From positions 1 through 64,000 of IMG/VR virus record IMGVR_UViG_3300046516_001816: DNA of 64,000 nt; one strand, given 5' to 3'. Every line of letters starts with the position of its first letter. Within the stretch, counting starts at the first letter, position 1. A program made the position numbers and the translations under genes. Below are positions 1 to 10,295 of this stretch, in pieces. The notes under the pieces are model-generated. The model saw only the letters and a program-made list of their open reading frames with translations, did no database searches and was not told the DNA's origin.

Positions 1-4
1 CGGC

Positions 5-916
5 TTGCAGTTCTCTTTTTGCGTATTGAAATACATCCGCTACTGGAAGTATGATAGCGAGCGCCACCCGTTCGTGTCCCAGCAGCGGATGTATTTCAAT
101 ACGCTCAAAGAGTACTGCAAGCCGGGTGAGTACTACCTGGGCAACCACGGTACCGAAGACGACATGCTCGGCAAGCGCATGTCCGATGGCTGCTACTCGG
201 TGGTGCGCTTAAAGACACCGGACCCCGCCATTGAAACGGTACGGGATTATACGCTGGAACTCGCGGAAGGCATGGACACCATTGTCATGATCCGCATCGA
301 CCAGTTGTTCTCGACCAACACGCACAAAGAAGTCTCGTCGTATGGCAAGATTGCGATGCCGCGAGCCAAACGCAGTCGTTTGGATTTGAACTGTCTCGAA
401 GAAGAACCGGGGGCGGGCAAAGACGAAGGTGGGGATCGTAAACGCAAGCCGTTGACCCGGGAGTTCCGTCCGCCGAAGCTCGCGATGCGGGCGGTGGAGT
501 CGGTTTCGGACTTGATTGAGAAGCTCGAACTGTACCTTGCAAAGGATCCGCGGATTGTTACCACGGATTTGACGGGTATTTTGTATGAGACGAAAGAAAA
601 ACCGGTCGGTAAGAAGGGTGAAGTCGTCTCGTCTACGGAGTTGCAGGAGCGCTTCGTAGTCGGTTTTGCTGCTCTTGAAGTTCAAGCCAACTACCAAGTC
701 GGGGAGGGCACTGGCCAAGCTGGCATCTCGCTCATGATGGGGATGGATATCCTGAACCGGAACTCGTTGAAGCGGTTGGAGAAATCCAATCCGAAAGTCA
801 CTTTGATTACCTGGCTCGAATCGTCACAAGCGTTTCGGTATGCTACGGTCATTGAAGCGGACGGCGACATCGGAATTTGGGCGGGAGTGTACGGCAACCA
901 GCGTCTGATCAAGTAA
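5..916 (+). CDS. Conserved phiKZ-like protein, probably the C-terminal part of the RNase H (gp155-like); probably 5'-truncated by the window edge
   Basis: Open frame from the window edge with phage codon usage. Its position near UvsX matches recalled phiKZ-like synteny. No RNase H catalytic motif is visible in the window. Confidence 0.45.
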   Translation: MQFSFCVLKYIRYWKYDSERHPFVSQQRMYFNTLKEYCKPGEYYLGNHGTEDDMLGKRMSDGCYSVVRLKTPDPAIETVRDYTLELAEGMDTIVMIRIDQLFSTNTHKEVSSYGKIAMPRAKRSRLDLNCLEEEPGAGKDEGGDRKRKPLTREFRPPKLAMRAVESVSDLIEKLELYLAKDPRIVTTDLTGILYETKEKPVGKKGEVVSSTELQERFVVGFAALEVQANYQVGEGTGQAGISLMMGMDILNRNSLKRLEKSNPKVTLITWLESSQAFRYATVIEADGDIGIWAGVYGNQRLIK

Positions 917-993
917 CACGACTTTGTTAAACCTAACGAGCCTGAAGCGGTAGCGTAGACCAATACCGTTTGGGGCTTACATGGAGTGTATCA

Positions 994-1404
994 ATGAACC
1001 GTGTCACAGACGTCATCCGGGGTCGGTTTGCCAACATGCTCGATCGGCACCTGTCAGCGCGTACGAAACGTCTGCTGTTCCTCGCCTCCTTCAGCGCCCA
1101 ACTGAAGGATCCCAAGGAGATCAACAGCGAGATGCTGCGCAAACTCAATCAGATGCTCGAGTTGTCTTCGGACGACGCGGCCCTGAAGCTGCCGATGCAG
1201 TTGAGTCATGCGATCTGGCGAAATCGTCCGTTGGAACCGGGCCTTCGCTTGTCGTTGCGCACCCAAACGCTTCCGGGTGCAGCTTCGTCTATCGGCCTCA
1301 AGGTCATCAAGGCCATGCCGAAGTGGATGCGCTACGGCGACGACAAACGCATGCAAACGGATGTCGAGCAATTGTTGCGCAACTGGCAACGGGTTGGTGC
1401 ATAA
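994..1404 (+). CDS. Hypothetical protein
   Basis: GGAG at 983 precedes ATG 994; the ORF ends at a bidirectional hairpin. Confidence 0.65.
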   Translation: MNRVTDVIRGRFANMLDRHLSARTKRLLFLASFSAQLKDPKEINSEMLRKLNQMLELSSDDAALKLPMQLSHAIWRNRPLEPGLRLSLRTQTLPGAASSIGLKVIKAMPKWMRYGDDKRMQTDVEQLLRNWQRVGA

Positions 1405-1413
1405 GGCAACGAT

Positions 1414-1466
1414 GCGTCATAAAGCCACTGGGAGCCCCGTAGGAGCTCTCAGTGGCCCTTATGCCC
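1414..1466. terminator. Bidirectional hairpin flanked by TATG(A/C)C motifs
   Basis: Stem GCCACTGGGAGC/GCTCTCAGTGGC between convergent genes, flanked by GCGTCATAA and TTATGCCC. Confidence 0.75.
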
Positions 1467-2297
1467 TTAGGCTTCTGCGTAGACACTCAGCAAGCTTGTC
1501 GTCGTCTTGTTGAGGCTCTCCGTGAGTGCAGTGGCTTTGTACCAAATGGCCACATACTGCTCGACTTCCCGTCCCATCTCGTACGATCCTTCCGCAAGCT
1601 CGTGCAGGATTTGCGGGGTGAGCTGGGCGAGGTCGCCACGCGTGGCTTTGTCGGCGATGATATCGAGATAGTGTGCAGCTTCCTCGATCTTCTTATCCAG
1701 CGTGCGACGGTTGACGTGGTTGATCTGCTCGCTCACCAGATTGAGGGCTTCGAACACCGGCTTCCAGTCGGAGTTGCGTTGGACCACATCGCCATAGAGG
1801 GCGTCGGTTTTGCCGGAACCGGCGATGAAGCATTCGCCGAGCATGCGGTTGAACTCGTCGCGCTGGGCTTTGAGCTGGTGGTAGTAGGCCCGGTCCATTT
1901 TGGTGCTGAGCTGGAAGCTGTGCTCGTTAATGAGCTGTCCCAAAAAGACGGTGAACTTGTTGAGGCGTTCCACAACCTGGACGGCATGAGCAGTCGCCTC
2001 CCCCAGAATGTGCAGATACTGAAGGTACGGGACCCGGAGGCCCTCAGGTACTTTCACCGGCATCTGCGAAAGATTCACATAGTTGCGACCGGCAACCTTC
2101 GAGAGAAACTCGTGCTGCTGCGCGGTAAGCGGCGCAATCGCGGGCGCGTTACGTGACACCAACCCTTGCAGGTGATGCAGCATCGTCTTGGCGACCGGAA
2201 CGATATGTTGCAGGCGTTGTACGGGAGCGGGGATCGAAAGCATCTCCAGTGCGATTTGGTCGCGCTGAGCTTTCAGGTCTTCTACGGGCGTGGTCAT
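1467..2297 (-). CDS. Conserved phiKZ-like protein, probably a virion protein (gp153-like)
   Basis: 276-aa helical ORF with AGGA upstream; divergent from UvsX. Confidence 0.6.
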   Translation of the reverse strand: MTTPVEDLKAQRDQIALEMLSIPAPVQRLQHIVPVAKTMLHHLQGLVSRNAPAIAPLTAQQHEFLSKVAGRNYVNLSQMPVKVPEGLRVPYLQYLHILGEATAHAVQVVERLNKFTVFLGQLINEHSFQLSTKMDRAYYHQLKAQRDEFNRMLGECFIAGSGKTDALYGDVVQRNSDWKPVFEALNLVSEQINHVNRRTLDKKIEEAAHYLDIIADKATRGDLAQLTPQILHELAEGSYEMGREVEQYVAIWYKATALTESLNKTTTSLLSVYAEA

Positions 2298-2413
2298 AAG
2301 CGTGTCCTATGCACTGGGCGAAAAGAGGGGTTGCTATAAAATTGTACCTGCCCGAAGCATTCTTTGGTAGGGCATTACAGATTAATTGGACAACAAGCAC
2401 GGATACAAAAGCA

Positions 2414-3895
2414 ATGCAAATTGACCTTAGAACAAAACTGACGCCGGCTCCGCATGTCAAGTTGCTGATCAACATTGGCGCGTTGCTGGACGTTCCGACT
2501 GGCCACTATATCGAAGGCCGTCGCGGGGAATCGATCCTGCTGGGCGGGCTGGCGCCGATCACCGGGATCGTCGGCATCGGTAACAACTTCAAGTCCACGC
2601 TGATGCACTTCATGACGTTGACCGCCATGAGCCGCATGAAGTTCTCAGCTGGCAAAACGTACGACACCGAAGTGAACATCCACGAATGGCACTTGGCCAA
2701 TATCGTGGCGCGCACCGAATCGTTCTTGGGCGAAGACGTGCTGCAAACCCAGCGCTGGTCGATTACCGACAAGACGATGTACATCGGCGACGAATGGTAC
2801 CGCGAGCACAAGAAGGAGCTCGAGGACAAGGCCAAGCGCAAGGACATCGCGGTGAACACGCCGTTCTGGAATCGCGAACGCAGCGCACCGATGCAGATGA
2901 TGGTGCCGACGTACACCGAGATCGATTCGTTCTCCGAATTCGAAACCTCGGACGTGGTCGATATGCAAGACGTCGATCTGGGCGACTCGAAGGGCAACAC
3001 GATTCACATGCGCCAGGGTCTGCAAAAGACGCGTATCCTGATGGAAGCGCCGCGCATTCACGGCTCGGTCTATGACTACTTGTTGATGACGGCGCACCTG
3101 GGCAAAGAAACGACCATGCAGAACGCGGGTCCGGCGGGCTCGGTGCCGATCGTCAAGCTCAAGCACCTGAAGAACGGCGACAAGATCAAAGGCACGACCG
3201 ACAAGTTCACCTTCGTCACCCACAACTGCTGGCACGCGTTCAATGCGAGTCCGCTGATCAACCAGGGCACGAAGGCACCGGAATATCCGCGTCACCCGGG
3301 CGACGATTTGTTGCTCGACACGGACTTGAACACGGTGCAGATTCGGAACTTGCGCTCGAAGTCGGGCGCCTCGGGCATGGCTCTCACGCTGATCGTGTCG
3401 CAGTCTGAAGGCGTGCTGCCGTCGCTGACCGAATTCCATCACATCAAGGAAAACGAACGCTACGGCATGGAAGGCTCCAACGTCTCGTACTGGCTCACGC
3501 TGTACCCGGCGGCGAAGTTGGGTCGGACCACCGTGCGCTCGAAGATCGACAGCGATCCGCTGCTGCGGCGGGCACTGAACATCACCTCGGAGATGTGTCA
3601 GATGTCGTACCTCTGGCATACGCTGCGTCCCGAGTTCCAGATCACGCCCAAGGAACTGTACGAGAAGCTGAAGGCGGATGGCTACGACTGGAACGTGCTG
3701 CTCAATACGCGCGGCTGGTGGACGCACGAGCTCGGCGAAGCTGATCACTTGCCGTTCCTCTCGGTGATGGATCTGCTGCGTATGACGCTGCCGATCGACG
3801 ATCCGAAGTACTACTTCCCGTACTGGCTCAATGCGGACAAGACGGTGAAGGACGAATACCTTCATCATTTTCAACCTGAACTGAAAGCAGCGTAA
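2414..3895 (+). CDS. uvsX: UvsX/RecA-like recombinase (phiKZ gp152-like)
   Basis: Walker A variant GIGNNFKST, YDTE, and Walker B-like EIDSFS; the N-terminal INIGALLDVPTG is typical of this family. Confidence 0.85.
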   Translation: MQIDLRTKLTPAPHVKLLINIGALLDVPTGHYIEGRRGESILLGGLAPITGIVGIGNNFKSTLMHFMTLTAMSRMKFSAGKTYDTEVNIHEWHLANIVARTESFLGEDVLQTQRWSITDKTMYIGDEWYREHKKELEDKAKRKDIAVNTPFWNRERSAPMQMMVPTYTEIDSFSEFETSDVVDMQDVDLGDSKGNTIHMRQGLQKTRILMEAPRIHGSVYDYLLMTAHLGKETTMQNAGPAGSVPIVKLKHLKNGDKIKGTTDKFTFVTHNCWHAFNASPLINQGTKAPEYPRHPGDDLLLDTDLNTVQIRNLRSKSGASGMALTLIVSQSEGVLPSLTEFHHIKENERYGMEGSNVSYWLTLYPAAKLGRTTVRSKIDSDPLLRRALNITSEMCQMSYLWHTLRPEFQITPKELYEKLKADGYDWNVLLNTRGWWTHELGEADHLPFLSVMDLLRMTLPIDDPKYYFPYWLNADKTVKDEYLHHFQPELKAA

Positions 3896-3916
3896 GCTTT
3901 GAAAGGAAACCGGGCC

Positions 3917-4219
3917 ATGGACTGGATCGAACTCACTCCCGGGCACGAGAACGAAGCGCTCCATATGGGGCTGGAATACGGCGATGAAGTCCTCGTCTTA
4001 AAGACCCATAAGAAGCGCAGCCAGTTAAAGAGCCCGGCAACCTGGACAAGCAGTGGCTTGACGGATGTCTTTCGTGTCGTGGTGATCAATCGCGACAATC
4101 TGCTCGTGCGCCACGACAAGGCCTCCCATTTGCGCTATGTTATCTGGAGACAGGTGCTGGGCTTTCGTAAAGCCGCTAAGCCGTCTCCGGACCCTGAACA
4201 CACTGAACCAACACCATGA
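3917..4219 (+). CDS. Hypothetical protein
   Basis: AAAGGA before ATG 3917; the stop overlaps the next start (ATGA). Confidence 0.65.
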   Translation: MDWIELTPGHENEALHMGLEYGDEVLVLKTHKKRSQLKSPATWTSSGLTDVFRVVVINRDNLLVRHDKASHLRYVIWRQVLGFRKAAKPSPDPEHTEPTP

Positions 4220-4758
4220 ATAAAAACGCACTCGGTCAACTCTCTGAAGAAGACAAGATCGCACTGCGCCAGCAGCTGCATCCTTACATGCAAGCGTCGC
4301 TCGCGCATCAGCTCGACGCCGTGACGGGGACCTACAAGTTCCGGATCGGCTCCGAGGTCAAGCATCTGGAAACCGGCGGCATTTACATCATCACGGGCCT
4401 GCCCAACGAGAACGTCGTGAAAGCCGGGGACGGCTGGGCCGATGCCTACGCGTATCTGATGGTCGACGGTCGCACCGCGTATCGGGCGCAAGAAGCGATG
4501 GAAGACGGACGCTTTGAAGAAGTACCGGCGGGCTCGGCGCTCGAATACGCCAAACAGCTCGCGGAGAACAAACCGACGGTGGTTGAGAAAGCCGTCGCGG
4601 CTGATGCAAAGCCGACCACGATCAAGGTATCGCTCGAGCAACTCGAAGGCGCGCTGCCGTCGGAATGCAGCAAGATCTACACGGACTACGAGAAGGGCTA
4701 CAACAAGGCACTGCGTCATGCACGCGAGTCGCTCAAAGCCCTTTTCCCGGCAGTGTAA
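4216..4758 (+). CDS. Hypothetical protein with a DUF1653-like small beta-barrel domain
   Basis: Pattern GSEVKHLETGGIYII...YAYLMVDGRTAYRAQEAMEDGRF. Confidence 0.6.
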   Translation: MNKNALGQLSEEDKIALRQQLHPYMQASLAHQLDAVTGTYKFRIGSEVKHLETGGIYIITGLPNENVVKAGDGWADAYAYLMVDGRTAYRAQEAMEDGRFEEVPAGSALEYAKQLAENKPTVVEKAVAADAKPTTIKVSLEQLEGALPSECSKIYTDYEKGYNKALRHARESLKALFPAV

Positions 4759-4828
4759 GAGTTATTTAACCTGGCTTAAGCGTTTGAAATTCGGACGCTT
4801 AATAGTATTATTGTAAAAAATTACTACC

Positions 4829-5203
4829 ATGACCCATAGTGTAGCAGTATCTGCTGAGGCAGAAAATACCGTCGCAGCACCCGAAATCAACGTCGAAAAT
4901 CTGGTCGCCTGGATGACCCAGCTGCTGGCCGAGCGCGGCCATCCGCAACCGGCTGCCTGGACGCAATTCCTGATGGCCGGTATCGACGGGCTGCCCGACA
5001 ACGATTACCAGATGTTCGAGATCAATCGCGCGTGGCGCGTGGCTTTTGCTCGCATTGCGGGTAAGGGCTTGATGACCTCGGAAGAGTCGATGAACGTGCG
5101 CTATTCGTTGATCGACAAGTGCCCCGTGGAAAACTGGAAGGAGTCCTTCGTATCAGGAGTCTTGCCGTGCATTCTTCGTCTTCAGTTGCCGATCCAAAGT
5201 TGA
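4829..5203 (+). CDS. Hypothetical protein
   Basis: 124-aa ORF after an AT-rich, promoter-like gap. Confidence 0.7.
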   Translation: MTHSVAVSAEAENTVAAPEINVENLVAWMTQLLAERGHPQPAAWTQFLMAGIDGLPDNDYQMFEINRAWRVAFARIAGKGLMTSEESMNVRYSLIDKCPVENWKESFVSGVLPCILRLQLPIQS

Positions 5204-5712
5204 TCGCGCACCAGCCCCTGTCCCATGACGCGATTGCCAATTTCGACGTAGCGATGTTGATTGCGGGCTCGCGTGGTTTCACCGATTACGACCAGTTTGT
5301 GCAGACGCTCGAAGAAGAGATTCTGTACGAACATCCCAAGGATTCGATCATCTTTATCACGGGCGCGGCCAAAAGCGGCCCAGATGATATGATTATCCGC
5401 TGGTGCCGCGAAAACGGCTACGCCTGGACTGAGTTCCCGGCGGATTGGGATGACATTAGCGTACCGGGTTCCTTTGTGAAGAAGAACCGGTTCGGCAAGC
5501 TTTACAATGCCGCTGCCGGCCATCAGCGCAACCGCTTGATGGCTGAAGTGATGACGCATGCGTGTATTTGGTGGGACGGCAAATCGCCGGGCACTGAAAA
5601 CATGATCCGTGAAGCTGAGCGCGTGGGCATCACGCCTAGAGTCTTTATCGTAAACGGAGAAAGGAAACGGGACACGCGTTATGACGACGTTAGGCAAGCG
5701 CAAGGAAGCTGA
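5200..5712 (+). CDS. SLOG-superfamily (DUF2493/YspA-like) nucleotide-binding protein
   Basis: Motifs IAGSRGFTDY, ITGAAKSGPD, ADWD, AAGHQRNRLM, WDGKSPGTENMI. Probable TTG start overlapping the upstream stop. Confidence 0.8.
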   Translation: MIAHQPLSHDAIANFDVAMLIAGSRGFTDYDQFVQTLEEEILYEHPKDSIIFITGAAKSGPDDMIIRWCRENGYAWTEFPADWDDISVPGSFVKKNRFGKLYNAAAGHQRNRLMAEVMTHACIWWDGKSPGTENMIREAERVGITPRVFIVNGERKRDTRYDDVRQAQGS

Positions 5713-6364
5713 GGCGTTTATTCTGAAATGGATTGCGCGCCTCGTTCCGGGCAGTGACAACGCTGGGCTCTATGGCAACATGTTTGCCAAGATGGATGAC
5801 AAGACGTTTGACGCCTTTATCAAATCAGTCGGTAAGGTGGAAACACGTCTGTCGGTGGTCGTGCCCAACTTTGCGAAAGCGAAGGTCACGATCGAAAACA
5901 ATCTGGCCATTGCCAAAGAGCTCGGGCATGACTTCTACGAACGCCTGTGGATTAAACCCAGTGATGACCAGCCGGCGTATCTGACGCGAGAGAAGTACCT
6001 CGTGATGGATTTGCCGCTGCGTCGTCAAGCACAGCTGCTGGTGAAGAAGATCTCGATTCCGGAAGACAATCAAAGTGTGGACGATCTGACGGGGCAACCG
6101 TCGGGCAAGTCGGACAGCGCCAAGATCTCGTACCCGGAAACGATGGTGCTTACTTCCCTGAAGCTCGATCGCAACCTCACCGAGTTTTTGAAGTACCGAG
6201 GCGGCGACACGCAAGGGTTCAATGCAATGAACGACAGCTTTGCCAAGACGGGGGGTGCTTCGCAAGAAGCGATCAAACATCTGGCAGGCGGTGTTCGCAG
6301 CACACAGACGCTGCGCACCATTCTCACCGCGATGCATTTCTCGGTGGCGGGTCTGGGCGAATAA
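5681..6364 (+). CDS. Virion RNA polymerase beta subunit, C-terminal fragment (gp149-like)
   Basis: Motifs LPLRRQAQLLVKKIS, DDLTGQP, KISYPE, EFLKYRGGD, resembling the beta C-terminal TGQP...GE...D region. Confidence 0.8.
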   Translation: MTTLGKRKEAEAFILKWIARLVPGSDNAGLYGNMFAKMDDKTFDAFIKSVGKVETRLSVVVPNFAKAKVTIENNLAIAKELGHDFYERLWIKPSDDQPAYLTREKYLVMDLPLRRQAQLLVKKISIPEDNQSVDDLTGQPSGKSDSAKISYPETMVLTSLKLDRNLTEFLKYRGGDTQGFNAMNDSFAKTGGASQEAIKHLAGGVRSTQTLRTILTAMHFSVAGLGE

Positions 6365-6382
6365 AGGATAACGGGGTAAACG

Positions 6383-6895
6383 ATGGCATTGACTGCCGAA
6401 GAATGGATTACAGTCGGGGAGGTCTATCAGGACAGCCTCAAGTTCGTGCTGGATAACAACAGCCGGATGCTTGCGCCTGACGTGAACGAGCGCATCATGC
6501 GCTTTATGTACACGTACGTGCTGGTGCAGAAGCCCTTCACCATCACGACTCCGCAAGGCATGCAGCATGCAGTTGAGACTGTCTTCACGGACGAAGCCGT
6601 GCGCGACTTCGTCCTCACGCTGGTCTATGTGTTCTTCAGTCGTTGGGGAGGCACGTCGCAGCGTTTCTCGGAACTCGTCGAGTCCATTGCGTTCGCCGTT
6701 AGCGCAAATGGAAACGGCCCCCTTGGGAATGGTGTAGGTTCGCGCAATGCGATTCCCAAACAACTCCTTGAGGATCTGCCCAAGGAAGACGGGGTACGGT
6801 CACTGCTGGGGGACAACAAATGGATGGTCGTCCTGCTCCTCATGCAACTGGTCGTCGCGTTCCCTGCTCCGCAAGAGAGCAAAACCAAGAAGTAG
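6383..6895 (+). CDS. Conserved hypothetical protein
   Basis: 170-aa ORF in the same operon. Confidence 0.7.
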   Translation: MALTAEEWITVGEVYQDSLKFVLDNNSRMLAPDVNERIMRFMYTYVLVQKPFTITTPQGMQHAVETVFTDEAVRDFVLTLVYVFFSRWGGTSQRFSELVESIAFAVSANGNGPLGNGVGSRNAIPKQLLEDLPKEDGVRSLLGDNKWMVVLLLMQLVVAFPAPQESKTKK

Positions 6896-6980
6896 GTCCA
6901 AACGCAGTACAACTGACGTAAACTAGCCCGGGAGCGGGACCATCTCCCGGATCATCATCTCTAAACGCAGCTATGCAACA

Positions 6981-7697
6981 ATGACTGCAAATAAAAAGAT
7001 CGAGACGTTGATGTTCGAGTTGGATGCATTGCTCGACACGCGACTCGGCACCATTCGAAAGATGGGGGTTGAACACGCCGAACGAGTTCTCACTCAGCAG
7101 TACCTTACGAGGGAGATTGACGAATTCGACGGCATCAGTAGTTCTGCCTTCAAAGAGCTGTACAAGAAGCGTGATGTAGAAACACTGAAGTTTAGTACGA
7201 TAACGGCGTTGGTTCCTCAGCTCAAGGATTTGACGACGTTCTTGAGCGAGATGGCGATCACGCGACCCTATTTCGATGGGGTGCAGATCGCAGTCAATGT
7301 GTGGCCTTACAAACTCTCTGCTGAAGAGCGTAAGGACCTGGGTGATTCCGTGTCGGCTTGGACGGGGGGTCTTGTCCCTGTTACGCTGATTAATATCAAA
7401 CCCGAAGCCCTGACGCCACAACTGGTTAAAACGCAGTTCGCCATGATGTTCATGTACGATTATGGCAGCTGGATGGAAATGCACTCGGAAGCGTTCAACG
7501 AAACTCGGCACCGCTGTGCTGAGATTCACCTCGTCGCTCCTGCCATGTATTTCAATGAGAAGCCGGATGAGAAGACTCTTAAGGAGTTGATCCGCGAAGC
7601 CGCGCACCCCTTCCAGGCCGCCATGATGCTGGCCTCTCCGCTAGTCGGCTTAGAACTCATTGACGTGAAGTATTTTAGCGTCGTAGCACCGCAATAA
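6981..7697 (+). CDS. Conserved phiKZ-like protein with a degenerate HAD-like N-terminus (gp147-like)
   Basis: N-terminal FELDALLDTRLG motif. Confidence 0.65.
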   Translation: MTANKKIETLMFELDALLDTRLGTIRKMGVEHAERVLTQQYLTREIDEFDGISSSAFKELYKKRDVETLKFSTITALVPQLKDLTTFLSEMAITRPYFDGVQIAVNVWPYKLSAEERKDLGDSVSAWTGGLVPVTLINIKPEALTPQLVKTQFAMMFMYDYGSWMEMHSEAFNETRHRCAEIHLVAPAMYFNEKPDEKTLKELIREAAHPFQAAMMLASPLVGLELIDVKYFSVVAPQ

Positions 7698-7803
7698 ACG
7701 TACCCTGAGAACACCCGGCATACAACGCCTACCACTCCTAGCCATGCCCAAATCATCGGGGTAGGCTAGGAGCGGAGGGCTAAATCGTCCGGTTAACGTG
7801 CTC

Positions 7804-8310
7804 TCACTGGCCCGGGGTTAAGCTCTGGGCCATAAAGGTATCGAAGTCCATTTGTGCCGCATCGCTGTCCATTTCACCGGGGACCACTTCGGGTTCGGGC
7901 AGGCCAACGGGTAACTGCGGTACAGCGCGACGTTCTTGAATCTGACCGTCGATCACCATCCCAGCTTGCATGGCACCCGGGGTCTGGAGGACCTGGGCAA
8001 TCAACGCTGCGGCCTGTGCCTGAGACGCACCGATCTTCTCATCGGTCTTCAGGCGTTTGCGACCGAGGGCGGCGCGGTCCATCCCGTCAAGCGCGGCCAG
8101 CACCACCATCTTGTCGCCCTTTTCCAGACTGTTCAGCTTCTCGCCGTCTTCCCCCATCATGGCGGTGACAATCTGCTGACGTTTCTTCTGGGTATAGGTA
8201 AGGACATGGTCCTCGCCTTCGATCACTTGCACAACAATTGGTGCGGCTTGATTTACACCAATCGTTTGAGGCGTGTGATCGTGTTGCGCTTCATCGTCGT
8301 CATAGTCCAT
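7804..8310 (-). CDS. Hypothetical protein
   Basis: GAGGTG precedes ATG 8310. Confidence 0.7.
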   Translation of the reverse strand: MDYDDDEAQHDHTPQTIGVNQAAPIVVQVIEGEDHVLTYTQKKRQQIVTAMMGEDGEKLNSLEKGDKMVVLAALDGMDRAALGRKRLKTDEKIGASQAQAAALIAQVLQTPGAMQAGMVIDGQIQERRAVPQLPVGLPEPEVVPGEMDSDAAQMDFDTFMAQSLTPGQ

Positions 8311-8421
8311 GACACACCTCGGTAGGCTAGATAGTTTGAGTAACATATCATTCTAATGAGCTTCTTCGCTGAATCTCACTTAAATCAAGCCAAAACGAAC
8401 GGTAAACGAATAGGAGTTGTG

Positions 8422-8958
8422 ATGAGAAAATGGATTCTACACTGGAAGGCCTGGTGGATGCGACGCCAGTACCTGAAAGTGCGCTTGCTCAACCCGAAGC
8501 TCACGGACCATCAAGCCGCCCGGGAAACGCTGGAAGCCTTGCTCGGTCATCTGAGCGAAGTGCCGTTCCAGCATTTTCACAAGGATGCGGTGATTGGCGT
8601 GGAGCTGAAAGTCTTCTACAAGACGATCGACGAGTATCGTCAGGAGATGAAAGCGCTCTCGGGCCGCTTGCTCAATGAACAAATGATCCAGACCGCCTGG
8701 GCTGACCAGACGGAAAAAGAAGTCGCCATGGACCGGTTCCTCACCTCCAAGGACGGCTTCTACCTGGACGTCGTCGACGCGATTCATGGATTCAAACATG
8801 AAGCGCTGGTGCTCTGTGCCCTCATGCAGAAAAGCGATCAAGCCAAGTTTGGCGTGCATGAACACAACCGCCGCATGCTGCTCAAGTTTATGGCTAACTT
8901 GCGCACGGTGACGGTGCACCTGATCGACACCAGCCACAGCCTGTCCCCACAGGCCTGA
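8422..8958 (+). CDS. Hypothetical protein
   Basis: AGGAG at 8412 precedes ATG 8422. Confidence 0.7.
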   Translation: MRKWILHWKAWWMRRQYLKVRLLNPKLTDHQAARETLEALLGHLSEVPFQHFHKDAVIGVELKVFYKTIDEYRQEMKALSGRLLNEQMIQTAWADQTEKEVAMDRFLTSKDGFYLDVVDAIHGFKHEALVLCALMQKSDQAKFGVHEHNRRMLLKFMANLRTVTVHLIDTSHSLSPQA

Positions 8959-9006
8959 TGGCAATAAATAAACTAAACCAAGCAGGATTAAACCAAGGAA
9001 AGAATC

Positions 9007-9693
9007 ATGGCACGCAATCAGCTGATGCGTATCTTGAATCGCAAAGATAAAGGAGCGTCACGCGCGTATGGCGTCGGCGGCGTCCTCTCCCGTCTGTGGG
9101 CCCAGATGCTCACGGACTTGGATGTCAATGTAGCGCGCTGGAATGACTACATGCATTCATTTGTGACCGACCCCGGCAATGGGTATCCGCCTACCAAAAA
9201 CGGGCAGACCAGTGCACGCGGGAATCTCACTAAAGAATTCTCACGGCCTCAGATGACCTTTAAGGTCTTTATGAAGGCCCTGCGGTTCTTGAAAGTAATC
9301 CGTGTCGAGATTGCAATCAAATGTCATTACATGGATCGGCCGCCTAGCACGCACGGCACGGAAGTCAACTTTCGCGTCCCGTCCCAGCCTGCGACCACCT
9401 TCATGGAGGACATCAGTCGTCTGAACTCGCCGGAACCCGAGATTCCTCGATACAGTGAGGAAGAAGATGACGAATTCGTGCGAGACATGCTCTCGCTGCT
9501 GTCCAACCCTTTCATGTTCCCGTTCCCGGACGAGGACGTATCGGATCAGGACTTTGAAATCATCCGACCGCAATTTGGGACCACCTCCCAGCCGGCCGAG
9601 GACTTTGGAGGTAATCGTCTAGCACAGATTGCCTACAAGCAGTACCTGGCCGACAAACAACAAATGGAATTTGATCATGAAGAACGCTCCTGA
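9007..9693 (+). CDS. Conserved hypothetical protein with a basic N-terminal half and acidic tail
   Basis: AAGGA upstream; motif RGNLTKEFSRPQMTFKVFMKALRFL. Confidence 0.7.
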   Translation: MARNQLMRILNRKDKGASRAYGVGGVLSRLWAQMLTDLDVNVARWNDYMHSFVTDPGNGYPPTKNGQTSARGNLTKEFSRPQMTFKVFMKALRFLKVIRVEIAIKCHYMDRPPSTHGTEVNFRVPSQPATTFMEDISRLNSPEPEIPRYSEEEDDEFVRDMLSLLSNPFMFPFPDEDVSDQDFEIIRPQFGTTSQPAEDFGGNRLAQIAYKQYLADKQQMEFDHEERS

Positions 9694-10231
9694 GAAGCGC
9701 ACGGCCGCGCTGCTGATGCCGAAGGAAAAGCCGCTGCCCGAGTTCGATGGGAAGAAACACATCAACATCGCAGTGGACGCGGCGACGGAATTGGGGCGAA
9801 TGCTCACGCACTTTGCTTCGACACAGTTTATCCATCCCCTCTACGGTCCATTCAAAACCATGGAGGGCTTCTGGCACTTTATCAAGTGTGAAGAGCAGGA
9901 CGATCTGTTCCGCACGCTCTCCGCTTCGCGGGCCAAAAGCCATGCGAAGACGAAGAAAACTGTGTTCCGTGAAAACTTCATCGACATCATTCATGAAGCG
10001 AACTTCTACAAGATCGAGCAGACGCCCGGCTTGAAGGAGCTCATGGTCGAATCCAGCTTGCCGTTTACGTACTACTACATCTTCGGGCCCGAGAAGGTCC
10101 AGGTGTTTCCGAAGCAAGCCGAATGGCTGTGCGCGGGCTTCGAGGAGATCCGCCGCCTGATGAAGGCGGGTCAGGAATACCCGAAGCAACCGAAGGTGTC
10201 GTTTGCGGAACAACAACCGGCGACGGTCTAA
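9677..10231 (+). CDS. Conserved phiKZ-like protein, possibly NADAR-like fold
   Basis: HINI...TELGRMLTHFAST.F...GPFKTMEGFWHFIK...KIEQ.P.LKELM resembles the NADAR pattern LSNF...F.S.E. Confidence 0.55.
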   Translation: MKNAPEKRTAALLMPKEKPLPEFDGKKHINIAVDAATELGRMLTHFASTQFIHPLYGPFKTMEGFWHFIKCEEQDDLFRTLSASRAKSHAKTKKTVFRENFIDIIHEANFYKIEQTPGLKELMVESSLPFTYYYIFGPEKVQVFPKQAEWLCAGFEEIRRLMKAGQEYPKQPKVSFAEQQPATV

Positions 10232-10239
10232 ACCGACAC

Positions 10240-10277
10240 AGAGAAAAGGGAGGGCCTTCGGGCTCTCTCTTTTTTTT
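10240..10277 (+). terminator. Rho-independent terminator
   Basis: GGGGAGGGCC-TTCG-GGCTCTCTCT followed by a T run. Confidence 0.75.
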
Positions 10278-10295
10278 GTCTGCTAGGAGCGGGCA

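Noticed and set aside
1-45. The T-rich first ~40 nt could be an intron 3' end or non-coding sequence before YWKYD
   Set aside because: There is too little context at the window edge and the frame is open, so it cannot be supported.
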